From positions 241,658 through 305,657 of the forward strand of contig CAVRUT010000003.1 of the NCBI GenBank assembly GCA_963724465.1: 64,000 nucleotides of DNA, written 5' to 3'. Shown here in pieces: positions 32,950-42,620 of the stretch; position 1 is the stretch's first letter; each line of letters starts with the position of its first letter. The notes under the pieces were generated by a model. It was given only the letters and a program-made list of their open reading frames with translations, had not been told where the DNA came from and did not search any database. Made by a program: the position numbers and the translations under genes. Source of the DNA: an uncultured Acidobacteriota bacterium (GTDB lineage Bacteria > Acidobacteriota > Thermoanaerobaculia > UBA5066 > Gp7-AA6).

Positions 32950-33987
32950 ATGCGCATCCCCTATGCCCGCTCCCTGGCCAGGTTCTTCTCGGCGCGCCGC
33001 CGCATGCGCGAGGACTGGGACCTGCGGGCCAGGCGCGACGCGCGCCTCTACATCGACTGCGGCCACGGCGCGACCGAGGAGGGCTTCTGGCGCTCCGGCG
33101 AGGGGGACGTTCGCGACTACATCGTGCGCAATCTCGAGCTCGACGCCTCGGCCGCGGCCCTCGAGATCGGCTGCGGGATCGGCCGGCTCCTGCGCCCGAT
33201 GTCCGAGCGCGTCGCAACGGCGATCGGCGTAGACATCTCGGGAGAGATGATCCTCCGGGGCCGTGCGGCGCTCGCCGGCCGCGACAACGCCCTTCTCGAG
33301 CGTACCGACGGGGACCTCGCCGGCGTGCCGGACACTTCGCTCGACCTCGTCTACTCCCACGTCGTCTTCCAACACATCCCGGTCCGGGGCGCGATCCTGC
33401 GCTACTTCGACGAGGCCGCCCGGGTCCTGAAGAACGGCGGGGTCTTCCGGTTCCAGGTCGACGGCCGCCCCGAGCGGGGCGCGCGCGTCGCCGGCACCTG
33501 GAACGGGGTGCGCTGGAGCGCGGCCGAGGTCCGGGCCCGGCTGGAGGAGCGTGGCTTCGAGGTCGCCGACCTCTCGGGCGGGGCCACTCAGTACCTGTGG
33601 GTCACGGCCCGGCGTCGCGCCGAGCCGGGACGCGCCACCACCACCGCGGTCCGCGTCCGGGCCAGGGCGTGGGACCCGAAAGAGCTCGCCGCGCTGCTCG
33701 CGCGCCTCGGCCCGCAGGCCGCGCAAGCGCGCGATCGGGTCGTGGCCGGCGCCGTGGGCGTCCGAGACCTGGCCGAGCCGCTCCTCGCGAATCACCGCGA
33801 CGACTCGCCGCGCGAGTACGTCGCGGCTGTTTACCGGGCGCTGCTAGACCGTGAGCCAGACGAGGGCGGCCTCGCCTTCTATGCCGCAGAAATCGAGCAG
33901 GGCATCGCCCGCACGAACGTCGTGGATTGTCTTCTCGCCTCGGCCGAGTTCGACGCGAAACACCGGATCGCCGCCGCCGGCGGCTGA
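32950..33987 (+). CDS. Class I SAM-dependent methyltransferase with a C-terminal DUF4214-like domain
   Basis: LEIGCGIGRL motif I; C-terminal YVAAVYRALLDREPDEGGLAFYAAEIEQG. Confidence 0.55.
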   Translation: MRIPYARSLARFFSARRRMREDWDLRARRDARLYIDCGHGATEEGFWRSGEGDVRDYIVRNLELDASAAALEIGCGIGRLLRPMSERVATAIGVDISGEMILRGRAALAGRDNALLERTDGDLAGVPDTSLDLVYSHVVFQHIPVRGAILRYFDEAARVLKNGGVFRFQVDGRPERGARVAGTWNGVRWSAAEVRARLEERGFEVADLSGGATQYLWVTARRRAEPGRATTTAVRVRARAWDPKELAALLARLGPQAAQARDRVVAGAVGVRDLAEPLLANHRDDSPREYVAAVYRALLDREPDEGGLAFYAAEIEQGIARTNVVDCLLASAEFDAKHRIAAAGG

Positions 33988-34023
33988 ATGAGAACTTCAC
34001 GCGCGCCATGAGAAGCTGACGCC

Positions 34024-35409
34024 ATGGAAACGAGCTCCTACGATCTCGTCGTGATCGGCTCCGGACCGGCTGGTCAGAAAGGCGCGATCGCCGCCGCCAA
34101 GCTCGGCAAGAAGGTGGCCGTGATCGACCGCAAGGAGATGGTCGGCGGCGTCTGCCTCCACACGGGAACGATCCCCTCGAAGACACTGAGAGAGGCGATC
34201 CTGTACCTTTCCGGATTCCGGGAACGGACCTTCTACGGCCGCGACTACGCCCTGTCCAAGGACATCACCGTCGCCGACCTCGCCTTTCGCGTGCAGAAGG
34301 TTCTCGCGCGCGAGGTCGAGGTCGTCCGCGCCCAGTTGAACCGCAACCACGTCACGACCATCGCGGGAACCGCGCGTTTCGTCGACGCCCACACGCTCGA
34401 GGTCGAGTCGGCCGAGGGGAAGACGCGGGTGCAGGGCGAGCGCGTCCTCATCGCCTGCGGCACGCGGCCGGCGCACAGCCCGACCGTTCCTCTCGACGGG
34501 AAGCGGATCATCGATTCCGATCAGCTCCTCAAGGGCGACGCGCTCCCGCGCGATCTCATCGTCGTCGGGGCGGGTGTCATCGGCCTCGAGTACGCCTCGA
34601 TGGTCACGGCCCTGAACATCAAGGTGACGGTGATCGAGGCGCGGTCCACGATTCTCGACTTCGTCGACCGGGAGATGATCGATTCGCTGATCTATTTCAT
34701 GCGGCAGCGCGGCGCCGCGTTCCGGCTCGGCGAGACGGTTACCTCCGTCGCCTACGACGACAAGAACCGCGTCGTCGCGCAGCTCGAGAGCGGCAAGGAG
34801 ATCCACGGCGACACGTTGCTCTACTCCGTCGGGCGCCGGACCAACGCCGATCTGCTCGGTCTCGAGGTCGCGGGCCTCGAGTGCGACGAGCGGGGCCGGA
34901 TGACCGTCAACGAGCACTTCCAGACGGCCGTGCCCCACGTCTACGCGGCCGGCGACGTGATCGGGTTTCCCGCCCTCGCCTCGACCTCGATGGAGCAGGG
35001 GCGCCTGGCGAGCTGCCACATGTTCGGCGCGTACTGCGAGAGCCGCTCCGAAGCAATCCCCTACGGCATTTACACGATTCCCGAGATCTCCATGGTCGGG
35101 AAGACCGAGCACGAGCTGACCGAGGCGAAGGTGCCCTACGAGATCGGGGTTTCGAAATTCGAGGAACTCGCCAAGGGTCAGATGCTCGGCGTCGACGCCG
35201 GCCTCTTGAAGCTCCTCTTCGACCGCAAGACGCGCAAGCTCCTTGGCGTCCACATCTTCGGCGAGCGGGCGACCGAGATCATCCACATCGGCCAGGCCGT
35301 GCTCGCTTTCGGCGGGACGATCGACTATTTCCGGGACGCCGTCTTCAACTACCCGACGATGGCGGAAGCGTACAAGGTGGCGGGCCTCGACGGATTGAAT
35401 CGGCTCTGA
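34024..35409 (+). CDS. sthA: Soluble pyridine nucleotide transhydrogenase
   Basis: YDLVVIGSGPAG FAD motif; GAGVIGLEYA NAD motif; 461 aa. Confidence 0.8.
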   Translation: METSSYDLVVIGSGPAGQKGAIAAAKLGKKVAVIDRKEMVGGVCLHTGTIPSKTLREAILYLSGFRERTFYGRDYALSKDITVADLAFRVQKVLAREVEVVRAQLNRNHVTTIAGTARFVDAHTLEVESAEGKTRVQGERVLIACGTRPAHSPTVPLDGKRIIDSDQLLKGDALPRDLIVVGAGVIGLEYASMVTALNIKVTVIEARSTILDFVDREMIDSLIYFMRQRGAAFRLGETVTSVAYDDKNRVVAQLESGKEIHGDTLLYSVGRRTNADLLGLEVAGLECDERGRMTVNEHFQTAVPHVYAAGDVIGFPALASTSMEQGRLASCHMFGAYCESRSEAIPYGIYTIPEISMVGKTEHELTEAKVPYEIGVSKFEELAKGQMLGVDAGLLKLLFDRKTRKLLGVHIFGERATEIIHIGQAVLAFGGTIDYFRDAVFNYPTMAEAYKVAGLDGLNRL

Positions 35410-35473
35410 CTCCAGCCGCGCGCTCGAGGCCCGCCATCCCGAGCGCAGCGAGGGATCCCGTGTTGTCGTCGGG

Positions 35474-37696
35474 TCAGAAGGTCCGATTCAGATACAGATA
35501 CGCCGCGCTGTTCTTGCTCCCGGACCTCCCATACGCGACGAAGAGCGGCCCGAGGAGGGTGTCGGCGACGACGAAAATGCTGCCCGCCGGCTTCAGGCTC
35601 GAGGACGTGACCGGAGCCTGGTAGGCCCAGGTGTTGCCTCCTTCGGCCGAGACGCCGATCGAGAGGTTCTTGAGGATGGCGCCCCCGGTGTCGGAGAGCC
35701 GGTAGTAGAGCAGCACCGTGCCGAGCGCGTAGGTATTTCCGTAGAGCTGGCCGATGGGCCGGCCGGAAAGGCGCAAGAAGCCGCCGAGCTGGAACTGGTC
35801 GTAGAAGGGGATCGCCGTGCCCAGGCCCGAGCCTCCCTCCACGTGAATGAGGCCGGTCCAGCGACCGATCGTCTGGACGCCGACGGCCCGCGCGCGCAGG
35901 CGATCGTAGGACGTTGTCGCGCCCAGGCTCTCCCGGTTGGCGAGAAAGGCAATGTCCGAGAAATAGCCCGAATGCGGCAGGTTGACGTTGTCGAGCTGGT
36001 CGACTTCCATCCGGGCCGTCAGTCCCCCCTCGTCCCAGTCGATGTCCGGGAAGGACGGGTCGCCGACCTTGCGGCGGCCCCAGCCCCACGCGCGGCCGTA
36101 CCCGACACGCAGCTCTCCCCAGGTCCCGAAGTCGTAGCCGAGGTCCATGCCGACGGCGGCGCGCGAGACCTGGTAGCTACCGAGGGCGACTTCGTTCTGG
36201 TCGTACACCTGAGCGATCCTCTGAATCCACCCGGCGAAAGGCGAAAGAAAGAGGTGGCCGCGATACCCCAGCGGCTGGAAAAACCGCGTCCTGAGGTCGA
36301 GCGGGCTTCCGACCGTCAGGGTCGTCTTCCACTCGCCTCCGAGGCCGTTGAGCTCCGTCGCGTCCACGAGCGCGGTCACGCCGAACTGCGTCGTGAGCTG
36401 AAAGTCCGTGCCGAGAAAGAGGCCGAGCTTGAGATACGTCGGCCCCCAGGATTTCGGCGTCGCCGTGATCTTCAGGATGCGGCGCTGTCCGTCCTCGACG
36501 ATTGAGTAGCTGACGATCTCGAAGTACCCGAGCGAGTAGATGCGCTTGAGGTCCTGCGCCAGGGTCGCGGTGTCGAGGACCCGTCCCGGTTTGGTGTGCA
36601 CGAGGTACTGAAGCCGCCGCGGGTCGATGTCCGGCACGGGATCGATCACGACTTCGTCGATGTAGGGCAGCGGAGGGAGCGTTGCGTCGTGGCTCTGCTT
36701 CCATGGACCGTAGACGCTTTCGGGCGCGGACCACTGGGCGAGCTTGTCCCTGTCGGCTTCCGCGGCCTTGTAGCCGAGCGGGATCATCTGCAGGCCCTTC
36801 ACGAAGTCGGCGGACGTGTAGCCCTCGAGGTCGGGCGTGATGACGAGCGTCGCGAGCTTCGCGGAGGCCATCGTGTTCTGCTGGAGCGGCAGGTCGATCA
36901 GGCGCCCAATCATCGCCCCGACGTTCTGAGGCTTTTCCGCGGTGGCCGCGCCCGAAGAGCCGACGTTGACCGCGATGACAATGTCGGCGCCCATCGCACG
37001 CACGGTCTGCACCGGCAGGTTCTCCGACTCGCCGCCGTCCACGAGCATGTGCCCGTCGATCTCGACGGGCGTGAAGATCGCCGGGATGGCCATGCTCGCC
37101 CGGATGACGCGGGCAAGGTTCCCGCTCGACATGACGTAGGGCTGGCCCGTCTGAATATCGGTCGCGACGGCGCGAAACGGGATGCGCAGCTGGTCGAAGT
37201 TCGTGACCGAGGAGCACGGCAACGTGGCGTTCTCGAGCACGAAGCCGAGCTTGCTGCCGGCGATCAGGCCCGGCGGCAGAACGAGTCCGCCCTTCTTGAG
37301 GTTGATGCCGAACTCGAAGGGGATCAGGTGCTCGAAGTCGTCTTCCTTCTGTCGGAACGACTGGTCCTTCCGCTCCGGGGCGTCCTGGAAGAGCGTGTCC
37401 CAGTGAATCGAGCCGATGAGCTTCTCCATATCGTCGGGCGTGTAGCCGCATGAATAAAGCCCGCCGATGATCGAGCCCATGCTGGTCCCGGCCACGTAGT
37501 CGATCGGGATGTGGAGCTGCTCGAGCATCCGGATGACGCCGATGTGCGCCGTGCCGCGAGCCCCGCCGCCGCCCAGCGCGAGGCCGATCTTCGGGCGCCT
37601 GGGCGGCGCCTCGGAAACCTGCGCCGGGAGCGGCGCCGCCAGCGTTGCAACGCACACTCCCGCCAGGACGAGGGAGACCGGCAGACGAAATCGCAT
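35474..37696 (-). CDS. Patatin-like phospholipase fused to an Omp85/BamA-type outer-membrane beta-barrel (PlpD-like, type Vd secretion architecture)
   Basis: Signal peptide; GGGARG...GTSMGS patatin motifs and DGG; long C-terminal beta-rich region ending ...YLYLNRTF. Confidence 0.7.
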   Translation of the reverse strand: MRFRLPVSLVLAGVCVATLAAPLPAQVSEAPPRRPKIGLALGGGGARGTAHIGVIRMLEQLHIPIDYVAGTSMGSIIGGLYSCGYTPDDMEKLIGSIHWDTLFQDAPERKDQSFRQKEDDFEHLIPFEFGINLKKGGLVLPPGLIAGSKLGFVLENATLPCSSVTNFDQLRIPFRAVATDIQTGQPYVMSSGNLARVIRASMAIPAIFTPVEIDGHMLVDGGESENLPVQTVRAMGADIVIAVNVGSSGAATAEKPQNVGAMIGRLIDLPLQQNTMASAKLATLVITPDLEGYTSADFVKGLQMIPLGYKAAEADRDKLAQWSAPESVYGPWKQSHDATLPPLPYIDEVVIDPVPDIDPRRLQYLVHTKPGRVLDTATLAQDLKRIYSLGYFEIVSYSIVEDGQRRILKITATPKSWGPTYLKLGLFLGTDFQLTTQFGVTALVDATELNGLGGEWKTTLTVGSPLDLRTRFFQPLGYRGHLFLSPFAGWIQRIAQVYDQNEVALGSYQVSRAAVGMDLGYDFGTWGELRVGYGRAWGWGRRKVGDPSFPDIDWDEGGLTARMEVDQLDNVNLPHSGYFSDIAFLANRESLGATTSYDRLRARAVGVQTIGRWTGLIHVEGGSGLGTAIPFYDQFQLGGFLRLSGRPIGQLYGNTYALGTVLLYYRLSDTGGAILKNLSIGVSAEGGNTWAYQAPVTSSSLKPAGSIFVVADTLLGPLFVAYGRSGSKNSAAYLYLNRTF

Positions 37697-37813
37697 GCGG
37701 GGAGCCTACCGGAAAGGCCGGTGCCGGGTCGAGATGCTAGTGGTTTCGGCCCGATCGGCGACAATGAAGCCGATGAGCGGGGGTATCGGGCGGCTCGAGG
37801 AGGCCGGACGCGG

Positions 37814-38365
37814 GTGACGACGATTGAAGCGCACTGGCTCGCCGACGCGGCTCTCCAGTTCCGCAAGTACAAGGCGCTGGCCGACGGCGCGCTCGCGCAG
37901 GTCGCCGGGGCCAACTTCTTCCGGGCGATCGACCCCGAGTCGAACAGCATCGCCCTCGTCGTCAAGCACATCACGGGCAACATGCGTTCGCGCTGGACCG
38001 ATTTCCGCACGACCGACGGGGAGAAGCCCGACCGCAACCGCGACGACGAGTTCGAGCTCGGCGCGCCGGACACCCGGGAAAGCCTCCTCGCGCGGTGGGA
38101 CGAAGGCTGGGCGCTCCTCTTCGACGCCCTCGCCCCGCTCACGGAAGAGGACCTCCTCGCCGAGGTGCGCCTCCGCGGCGAGGCGCACACCGTGATGCAG
38201 GCGGTCCACCGCCAGCTCACGCACTACGCCTACCACGTGGGTCAGATCGTGTTTCTCGCGCGCCACTTCGCCGGGAGCCGCTGGAAATCGCTCTCGATCC
38301 CGAAGGGCAAGTCGAAGGAGTTCGAGGTCGCGAGAAACGGGAAGCCCTACCGGCCGCGGGCCTGA
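37814..38365 (+). CDS. DinB/DUF1572-like four-helix-bundle protein
   Basis: GTG start with GGAGG upstream; ...HVGQIVFLARH. His-rich DinB-fold pattern. Confidence 0.5.
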   Translation: MTTIEAHWLADAALQFRKYKALADGALAQVAGANFFRAIDPESNSIALVVKHITGNMRSRWTDFRTTDGEKPDRNRDDEFELGAPDTRESLLARWDEGWALLFDALAPLTEEDLLAEVRLRGEAHTVMQAVHRQLTHYAYHVGQIVFLARHFAGSRWKSLSIPKGKSKEFEVARNGKPYRPRA

Positions 38366-38396
38366 CGCCTCTCCGGCGGCGGAGGCGGGCCGGCGC

Positions 38397-40079
38397 TCAA
38401 CGGGCCGCGATGTGGCGCCGCGCGGCGTCGAGGGCCTCGTCGAGCGTCGCCACGAAGTTCTCGCGGCCGTACTCGTCGAGCTTGCCGGCCCGGTCGAGGG
38501 CGACCAGCGGCTGCGCGTGGATGCCCGAGATCAGAAAGCGGATCCCCTGGTGCGCGAACGAGCGGAAGAGGTCGTCGAGCACCCGGATGCCCGAGGCGTC
38601 TATGGCCGGCACGTTGCGCATCCGCAGGACGAAGACCCGCGGCTTCTTCGCCACGAAGTGCAACACGTCCTTGATCTTGTCGGCCGCGCCGAAGAAGAAC
38701 GGGCCGTTGACCTCGTAGACCTCGACACCGTCCGGGATGCGCCGCCGCGCGACGCCTTCCGCGTCGGCGGTCATGGTCCCGTCGGGCGCATCGATCATCT
38801 CCTGCTTGACCGCTCCCACGTTGGTGACGTCGGCCATCCGCTTGATGAACAGGAACGCCGCGAGCACGACGCCGACCTGGACGGCGACCGTCAGGTCGAT
38901 GAGCACCGTCAGGAGGAAGGTGGTCAGCAGCACGGCGACGTCGCTCTTCGGGGTCTTGAAGAGGTGCGCGAAGGACCGCCACTCGCTCATGTGGTACGAG
39001 ACGACCGCCAGGATCGCCGCCAGGGTGGCCATCGGAATGTAGCGGGCCCATTTTCCGAGGAAGACGAGCACGAGGAACACCGTCACCGCGTGGGTGATCC
39101 CCGCGACGGGCGTTCGTCCGCCGTTCTTGACGTTGGTAGCGGTGCGCGCGATCGCGCCGGTGGCGGGGATGCCGCCAAAAAGACCCGACGCGACGTTGGC
39201 GATCCCCTGGCCGACCAGCTCCACGTTGGACTTGTGGCGGCTTCCAATCATGCCGTCGGCCACGACCGCCGACAGCAGCGACTCGATCGCCGCGAGGAGG
39301 GCCACCGTCACTGCGGGCGAGAAGAGCTCGCGCACGCGGTCGAGCGTGATGTCGGGCATCCTCGGCGCGGGGATCGCCGCGTGGATCTCGCCGAAGCGCG
39401 AGCCGATCGTCTCGATCGGGATCCCGAAGGCCGCCACGACGGCCGACGCCGCGAGAATCGCGACAATGGGCGCGGGGACCCGGCGCGATACGTTCGGCCA
39501 CAGGACCAGGATCAGTAGCGAGGCGAGCGAGACTCCGACCGCGGAGACGGAGGCCGTCGGGAGGCTCGTGGCGAGCGCCTCCCATTTCGCGACGAAGGAC
39601 GCAGGGACGGCGCCCATCCGGAGCCCCAGGAGGTCCTTGACCTGCGAGGAGAAGATGATGACCGCGATGCCGCTCGTGAAGCCCGTCACCACGGGATAGG
39701 GAATGAACTTGATCGCCCCGCCGAAACGGGCGAGGCCGAGGGCCACGAGCAGGATGCCGGCGAGCACCGTGCAGATCGTCAGGCCCTCGAGGCCGTACTT
39801 GGCCACGATGCCGTAGACGATGACGACGAAGGCGCCGGTCGGCCCGCCGATCTGGACGCGGCTGCCCCCGAGAAGGGAGATCAGGAACCCGCCAACCGCT
39901 GCCGTGACGAGGCCCCTCTCGGGAGGCACGCCCGAGGCGATCGCGAAGGCGAGCGCCAGGGGGATGGCCACGATGCCGACGACGACGCCGGCCTGGAGGT
40001 CCGCGAGGAGTTGCGGCCGCGTGTAGCCGCGTAGCGCCGTGAAGGTTTTCGGCAGCCACGCGCTCTGCATCCCCGCCAT
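38397..40079 (-). CDS. SulP-family anion transporter with a C-terminal STAS domain
   Basis: Multiple TM helices plus a STAS-like C-terminus; 560 aa. Confidence 0.8.
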   Translation of the reverse strand: MAGMQSAWLPKTFTALRGYTRPQLLADLQAGVVVGIVAIPLALAFAIASGVPPERGLVTAAVGGFLISLLGGSRVQIGGPTGAFVVIVYGIVAKYGLEGLTICTVLAGILLVALGLARFGGAIKFIPYPVVTGFTSGIAVIIFSSQVKDLLGLRMGAVPASFVAKWEALATSLPTASVSAVGVSLASLLILVLWPNVSRRVPAPIVAILAASAVVAAFGIPIETIGSRFGEIHAAIPAPRMPDITLDRVRELFSPAVTVALLAAIESLLSAVVADGMIGSRHKSNVELVGQGIANVASGLFGGIPATGAIARTATNVKNGGRTPVAGITHAVTVFLVLVFLGKWARYIPMATLAAILAVVSYHMSEWRSFAHLFKTPKSDVAVLLTTFLLTVLIDLTVAVQVGVVLAAFLFIKRMADVTNVGAVKQEMIDAPDGTMTADAEGVARRRIPDGVEVYEVNGPFFFGAADKIKDVLHFVAKKPRVFVLRMRNVPAIDASGIRVLDDLFRSFAHQGIRFLISGIHAQPLVALDRAGKLDEYGRENFVATLDEALDAARRHIAAR

Positions 40080-40116
40080 CTTACGGCCTGGCGCGTGCGC
40101 GCAAGGAGGCCGTTCG

Positions 40117-40449
40117 TCAGTCGTTCGGCCGGATGTCCATCAGGATGTTGTTGTTGAGCGTGATCTTGACGCGGTCGCCTTCCTGAAACCGCTGCCACTG
40201 CTGCCGCGTGACCTCGAGGCGATACCGCGACGTGGCCTGGCCTTCCCGGGTCTCGAACACCAGGTAGTAATTCCCCGTCCCCCGATAGCTCGCGCCGTTC
40301 GTGCCGGGCGAATCGTGATCGCGCTCGACGACGACGCACGTGAGGACCCGCGTCCCGAGGCCGGGGTCCGACTTTTTCGGGCCCGACGCGCACGCCGCAA
40401 GAACGCAGCCAGAAAGCAGGGCGGCCACGGAGAGGGTCCCTCTGTTCAT
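40117..40449 (-). CDS. Hypothetical lipoprotein
   Basis: MNRGTLSVAALLSGCVLAAC lipobox. Confidence 0.45.
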   Translation of the reverse strand: MNRGTLSVAALLSGCVLAACASGPKKSDPGLGTRVLTCVVVERDHDSPGTNGASYRGTGNYYLVFETREGQATSRYRLEVTRQQWQRFQEGDRVKITLNNNILMDIRPND

Positions 40450-40610
40450 GCTCCTCGTAACCCGCCGCGGACCGGTTCGATTCCGGTCCCGGGGGGCGGT
40501 CGGCCGTGAGGTCGCCGGCCGTCTTCATGCTCGCCGCGCTCCTTCTGCCGGTTGGGCGTTCCCGACCGGCTTGCGGAAGGCGACGACGCTTCCAATAGAA
40601 TCGCCCAAGG

Positions 40611-41624
40611 ATGAGCAGCAAACACGCGGCGCGGGTCGCCCTCGTCGGACTCGGTCCGATCGGCGTCGAAGTTGGCAGGGCCCTGGCCGACCGGGAAAGC
40701 CTTGCCCTGCTCGGGGCCGCCGATTCCGCCCCGGACAAGGCGGGCAGGCCTCTCTCGGAGTTGCTCGGCGGCGCCTTTCCCGGAGTAACGGTCCGCCCGA
40801 GCGCCGCCGAGCTCTACGCGGAGACCGCGTCGTCCCGCACGAAGGCGGACGTCGCCCTGCTCTGCACGGGATCCCGGCTGCACGCGATCCTTCCCCAGAT
40901 CGAGGAGGCGATCGCGGCCGGCTTTCACGTCGTCTCGACCTGCGAGGAGCTGGCCTACCCGGAGCTGCGCCACCTTCCCATGGCGCGCCGGATCGACCGC
41001 AAGGCCAGGGAGAAGGGCGTCGCCGTGCTGGGCACGGGCGTCAATCCCGGCCTCGTCATGGACCGGCTCGTGCTCGCCGTCGCGTCGGCGTGCGTGAAGG
41101 TCGAGTCCGTGAGTGTCACCCGAGTCGTGGACGCGGCCAAACGCCGCGGACCCCTCCGGGCCAAGGTGGGCGCCGGGATGACGCCCGAAGAGTTCACGGC
41201 GGGCGTCGCCTCGAAAAGGCTCGGCCACGTCGGGCTCTCGGAGTCGGCGGCCATCATCGCGCTCGGCCTGGGACTCCCGATCCACGAGATCACGGAGACG
41301 ATCGAGCCGGTCATCGCGAAGAAGGAGACCGACGGCGTGACACCCGGACGCGTCCTGGGCCTCCACCAGATCGCGCTCGTCCAGGCCGGCGACGAGGTCA
41401 GGGTCTCCCTCGACCTGACCATGGCCGTCGGGGCCGAGTCGCCGGCCGACCGCATCGACATCGAGGGCGACCCGCCGATCCACCTGACCGTCGCGGGAGG
41501 ATTCCACGGCGACCGCTCGACCGTTGGAACCGTTGTCAACGCCGTGCCGTTCATTGTCGACGCCTCGCCGGGTTTGAAGAACGTGGTCACGCTCCCGCTC
41601 TTCGGCCTCCAGCCGCTGCCGTAG
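40611..41624 (+). CDS. NAD(P)-binding DapB-like / amine-dehydrogenase-like oxidoreductase
   Basis: VALVGLGPIG Rossmann N-terminus; resembles the dihydrodipicolinate-reductase-like family. Confidence 0.45.
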   Translation: MSSKHAARVALVGLGPIGVEVGRALADRESLALLGAADSAPDKAGRPLSELLGGAFPGVTVRPSAAELYAETASSRTKADVALLCTGSRLHAILPQIEEAIAAGFHVVSTCEELAYPELRHLPMARRIDRKAREKGVAVLGTGVNPGLVMDRLVLAVASACVKVESVSVTRVVDAAKRRGPLRAKVGAGMTPEEFTAGVASKRLGHVGLSESAAIIALGLGLPIHEITETIEPVIAKKETDGVTPGRVLGLHQIALVQAGDEVRVSLDLTMAVGAESPADRIDIEGDPPIHLTVAGGFHGDRSTVGTVVNAVPFIVDASPGLKNVVTLPLFGLQPLP

Positions 41625-41679
41625 CAAAGCCTGGACAGGGGACGGTTCCAGGCCGTCGGTTGCGCTACGCTCGCTCGCG

Positions 41680-42150
41680 ATGTATTCGCTCGACCGGACC
41701 CAGAAGATCGAGGCGCCGCCCGAGAGGGTCTTCGCGTTCTTCTCCGATCCGGCCAACCTCGCCCGCATTACGCCGCCCTGGCTCGCCTTCCGGATCCACG
41801 GGCATTTACCGCGCCCGCTCGCCGAGGGGAGCCGCATCGAGTACCGCATTCGCTGGGCACTTTTTCGCCTGCGCTGGGTCACGCGCATCACGCGGTGGCG
41901 CCCGACCACCGAGTTTCAGGACCTGCAGGAAAAGGGCCCCTACGCCTCCTGGGTCCACACCCACCGCTTTGCCCCGAGCGGGTCCGGCGTCGTCATGGAA
42001 GACCACGTGGAATACGCGCTGCCCTTCGGGGTCCTCGGCCGCATCGCCCACCGCCTGGGGGTGCGCCGCCAGCTCGAGCAGATCTTCGATTACAGGCGGG
42101 AGGCGATCGAGAACCTCTTCGAGAAACAGGCGCGGGCGGGCCTCTTTTGA
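41680..42150 (+). CDS. SRPBCC (START/polyketide-cyclase-like) ligand-binding protein
   Basis: 156 aa with the typical pattern ...IEAPPERVFAFFSDPANLARITPPW. Confidence 0.55.
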   Translation: MYSLDRTQKIEAPPERVFAFFSDPANLARITPPWLAFRIHGHLPRPLAEGSRIEYRIRWALFRLRWVTRITRWRPTTEFQDLQEKGPYASWVHTHRFAPSGSGVVMEDHVEYALPFGVLGRIAHRLGVRRQLEQIFDYRREAIENLFEKQARAGLF

Positions 42151-42620
42151 GTCGCTCCTTCGGCGCGGGGCTCGCTCTTGCCGGCGCGGCGGTGGCGGTC
42201 ACGGCCGTCCTCGGAGGGCGCTTCACGGCCCGGGGCATCGGACCCTGGTACGACGGGCTCGCGAAGCCCTCATGGACGCCTCCTGGCTCGGTCATCGGCG
42301 CGGTCTGGACGGTTCTCTACGTCCTCATCGCTGTCGCGAGCGCAGTTGTGTGGTCGAAGGCGGGACCTGCGCCCCGGGCCTTCGTCGGTGTCCTCGCCAC
42401 CAACCTCGCTCTGAACGCCGGCTGGTGCTACCTCTTTTTCGCCGACCGGCGGCCCGCCGCCGCCCTCGTGGAAATCTCCATCCTCTGGGGGACCTGCCTG
42501 CTCCTCGTCGTCCTCGCGTCGCGCGCCTCCACGGCGGCGGCGTGGATGCTCGTCCCCTACGCCGTCTGGGTCGCCTTCGCTGGGTTTCTCAACTGGAACG
42601 TCGTGAAGCTCAACGCTTGA
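42147..42620 (+). CDS. tspO: TspO/MBR tryptophan-rich sensory protein
   Basis: Five TM helices and Trp-rich motifs (WYDGLAKPSWTPP...WTVLY...NLALNAGWCYLFF). The TTG start overlaps the upstream TGA stop. Confidence 0.7.
   Translation: MSRSFGAGLALAGAAVAVTAVLGGRFTARGIGPWYDGLAKPSWTPPGSVIGAVWTVLYVLIAVASAVVWSKAGPAPRAFVGVLATNLALNAGWCYLFFADRRPAAALVEISILWGTCLLLVVLASRASTAAAWMLVPYAVWVAFAGFLNWNVVKLNA

Noticed and set aside
40455-40500. tRNA-like GGTTCGATTCC T-arm
   Set aside because: It is only 20 nt from the lipoprotein start codon, so a complete tRNA would have to overlap a CDS. I kept it as a palindrome finding instead.
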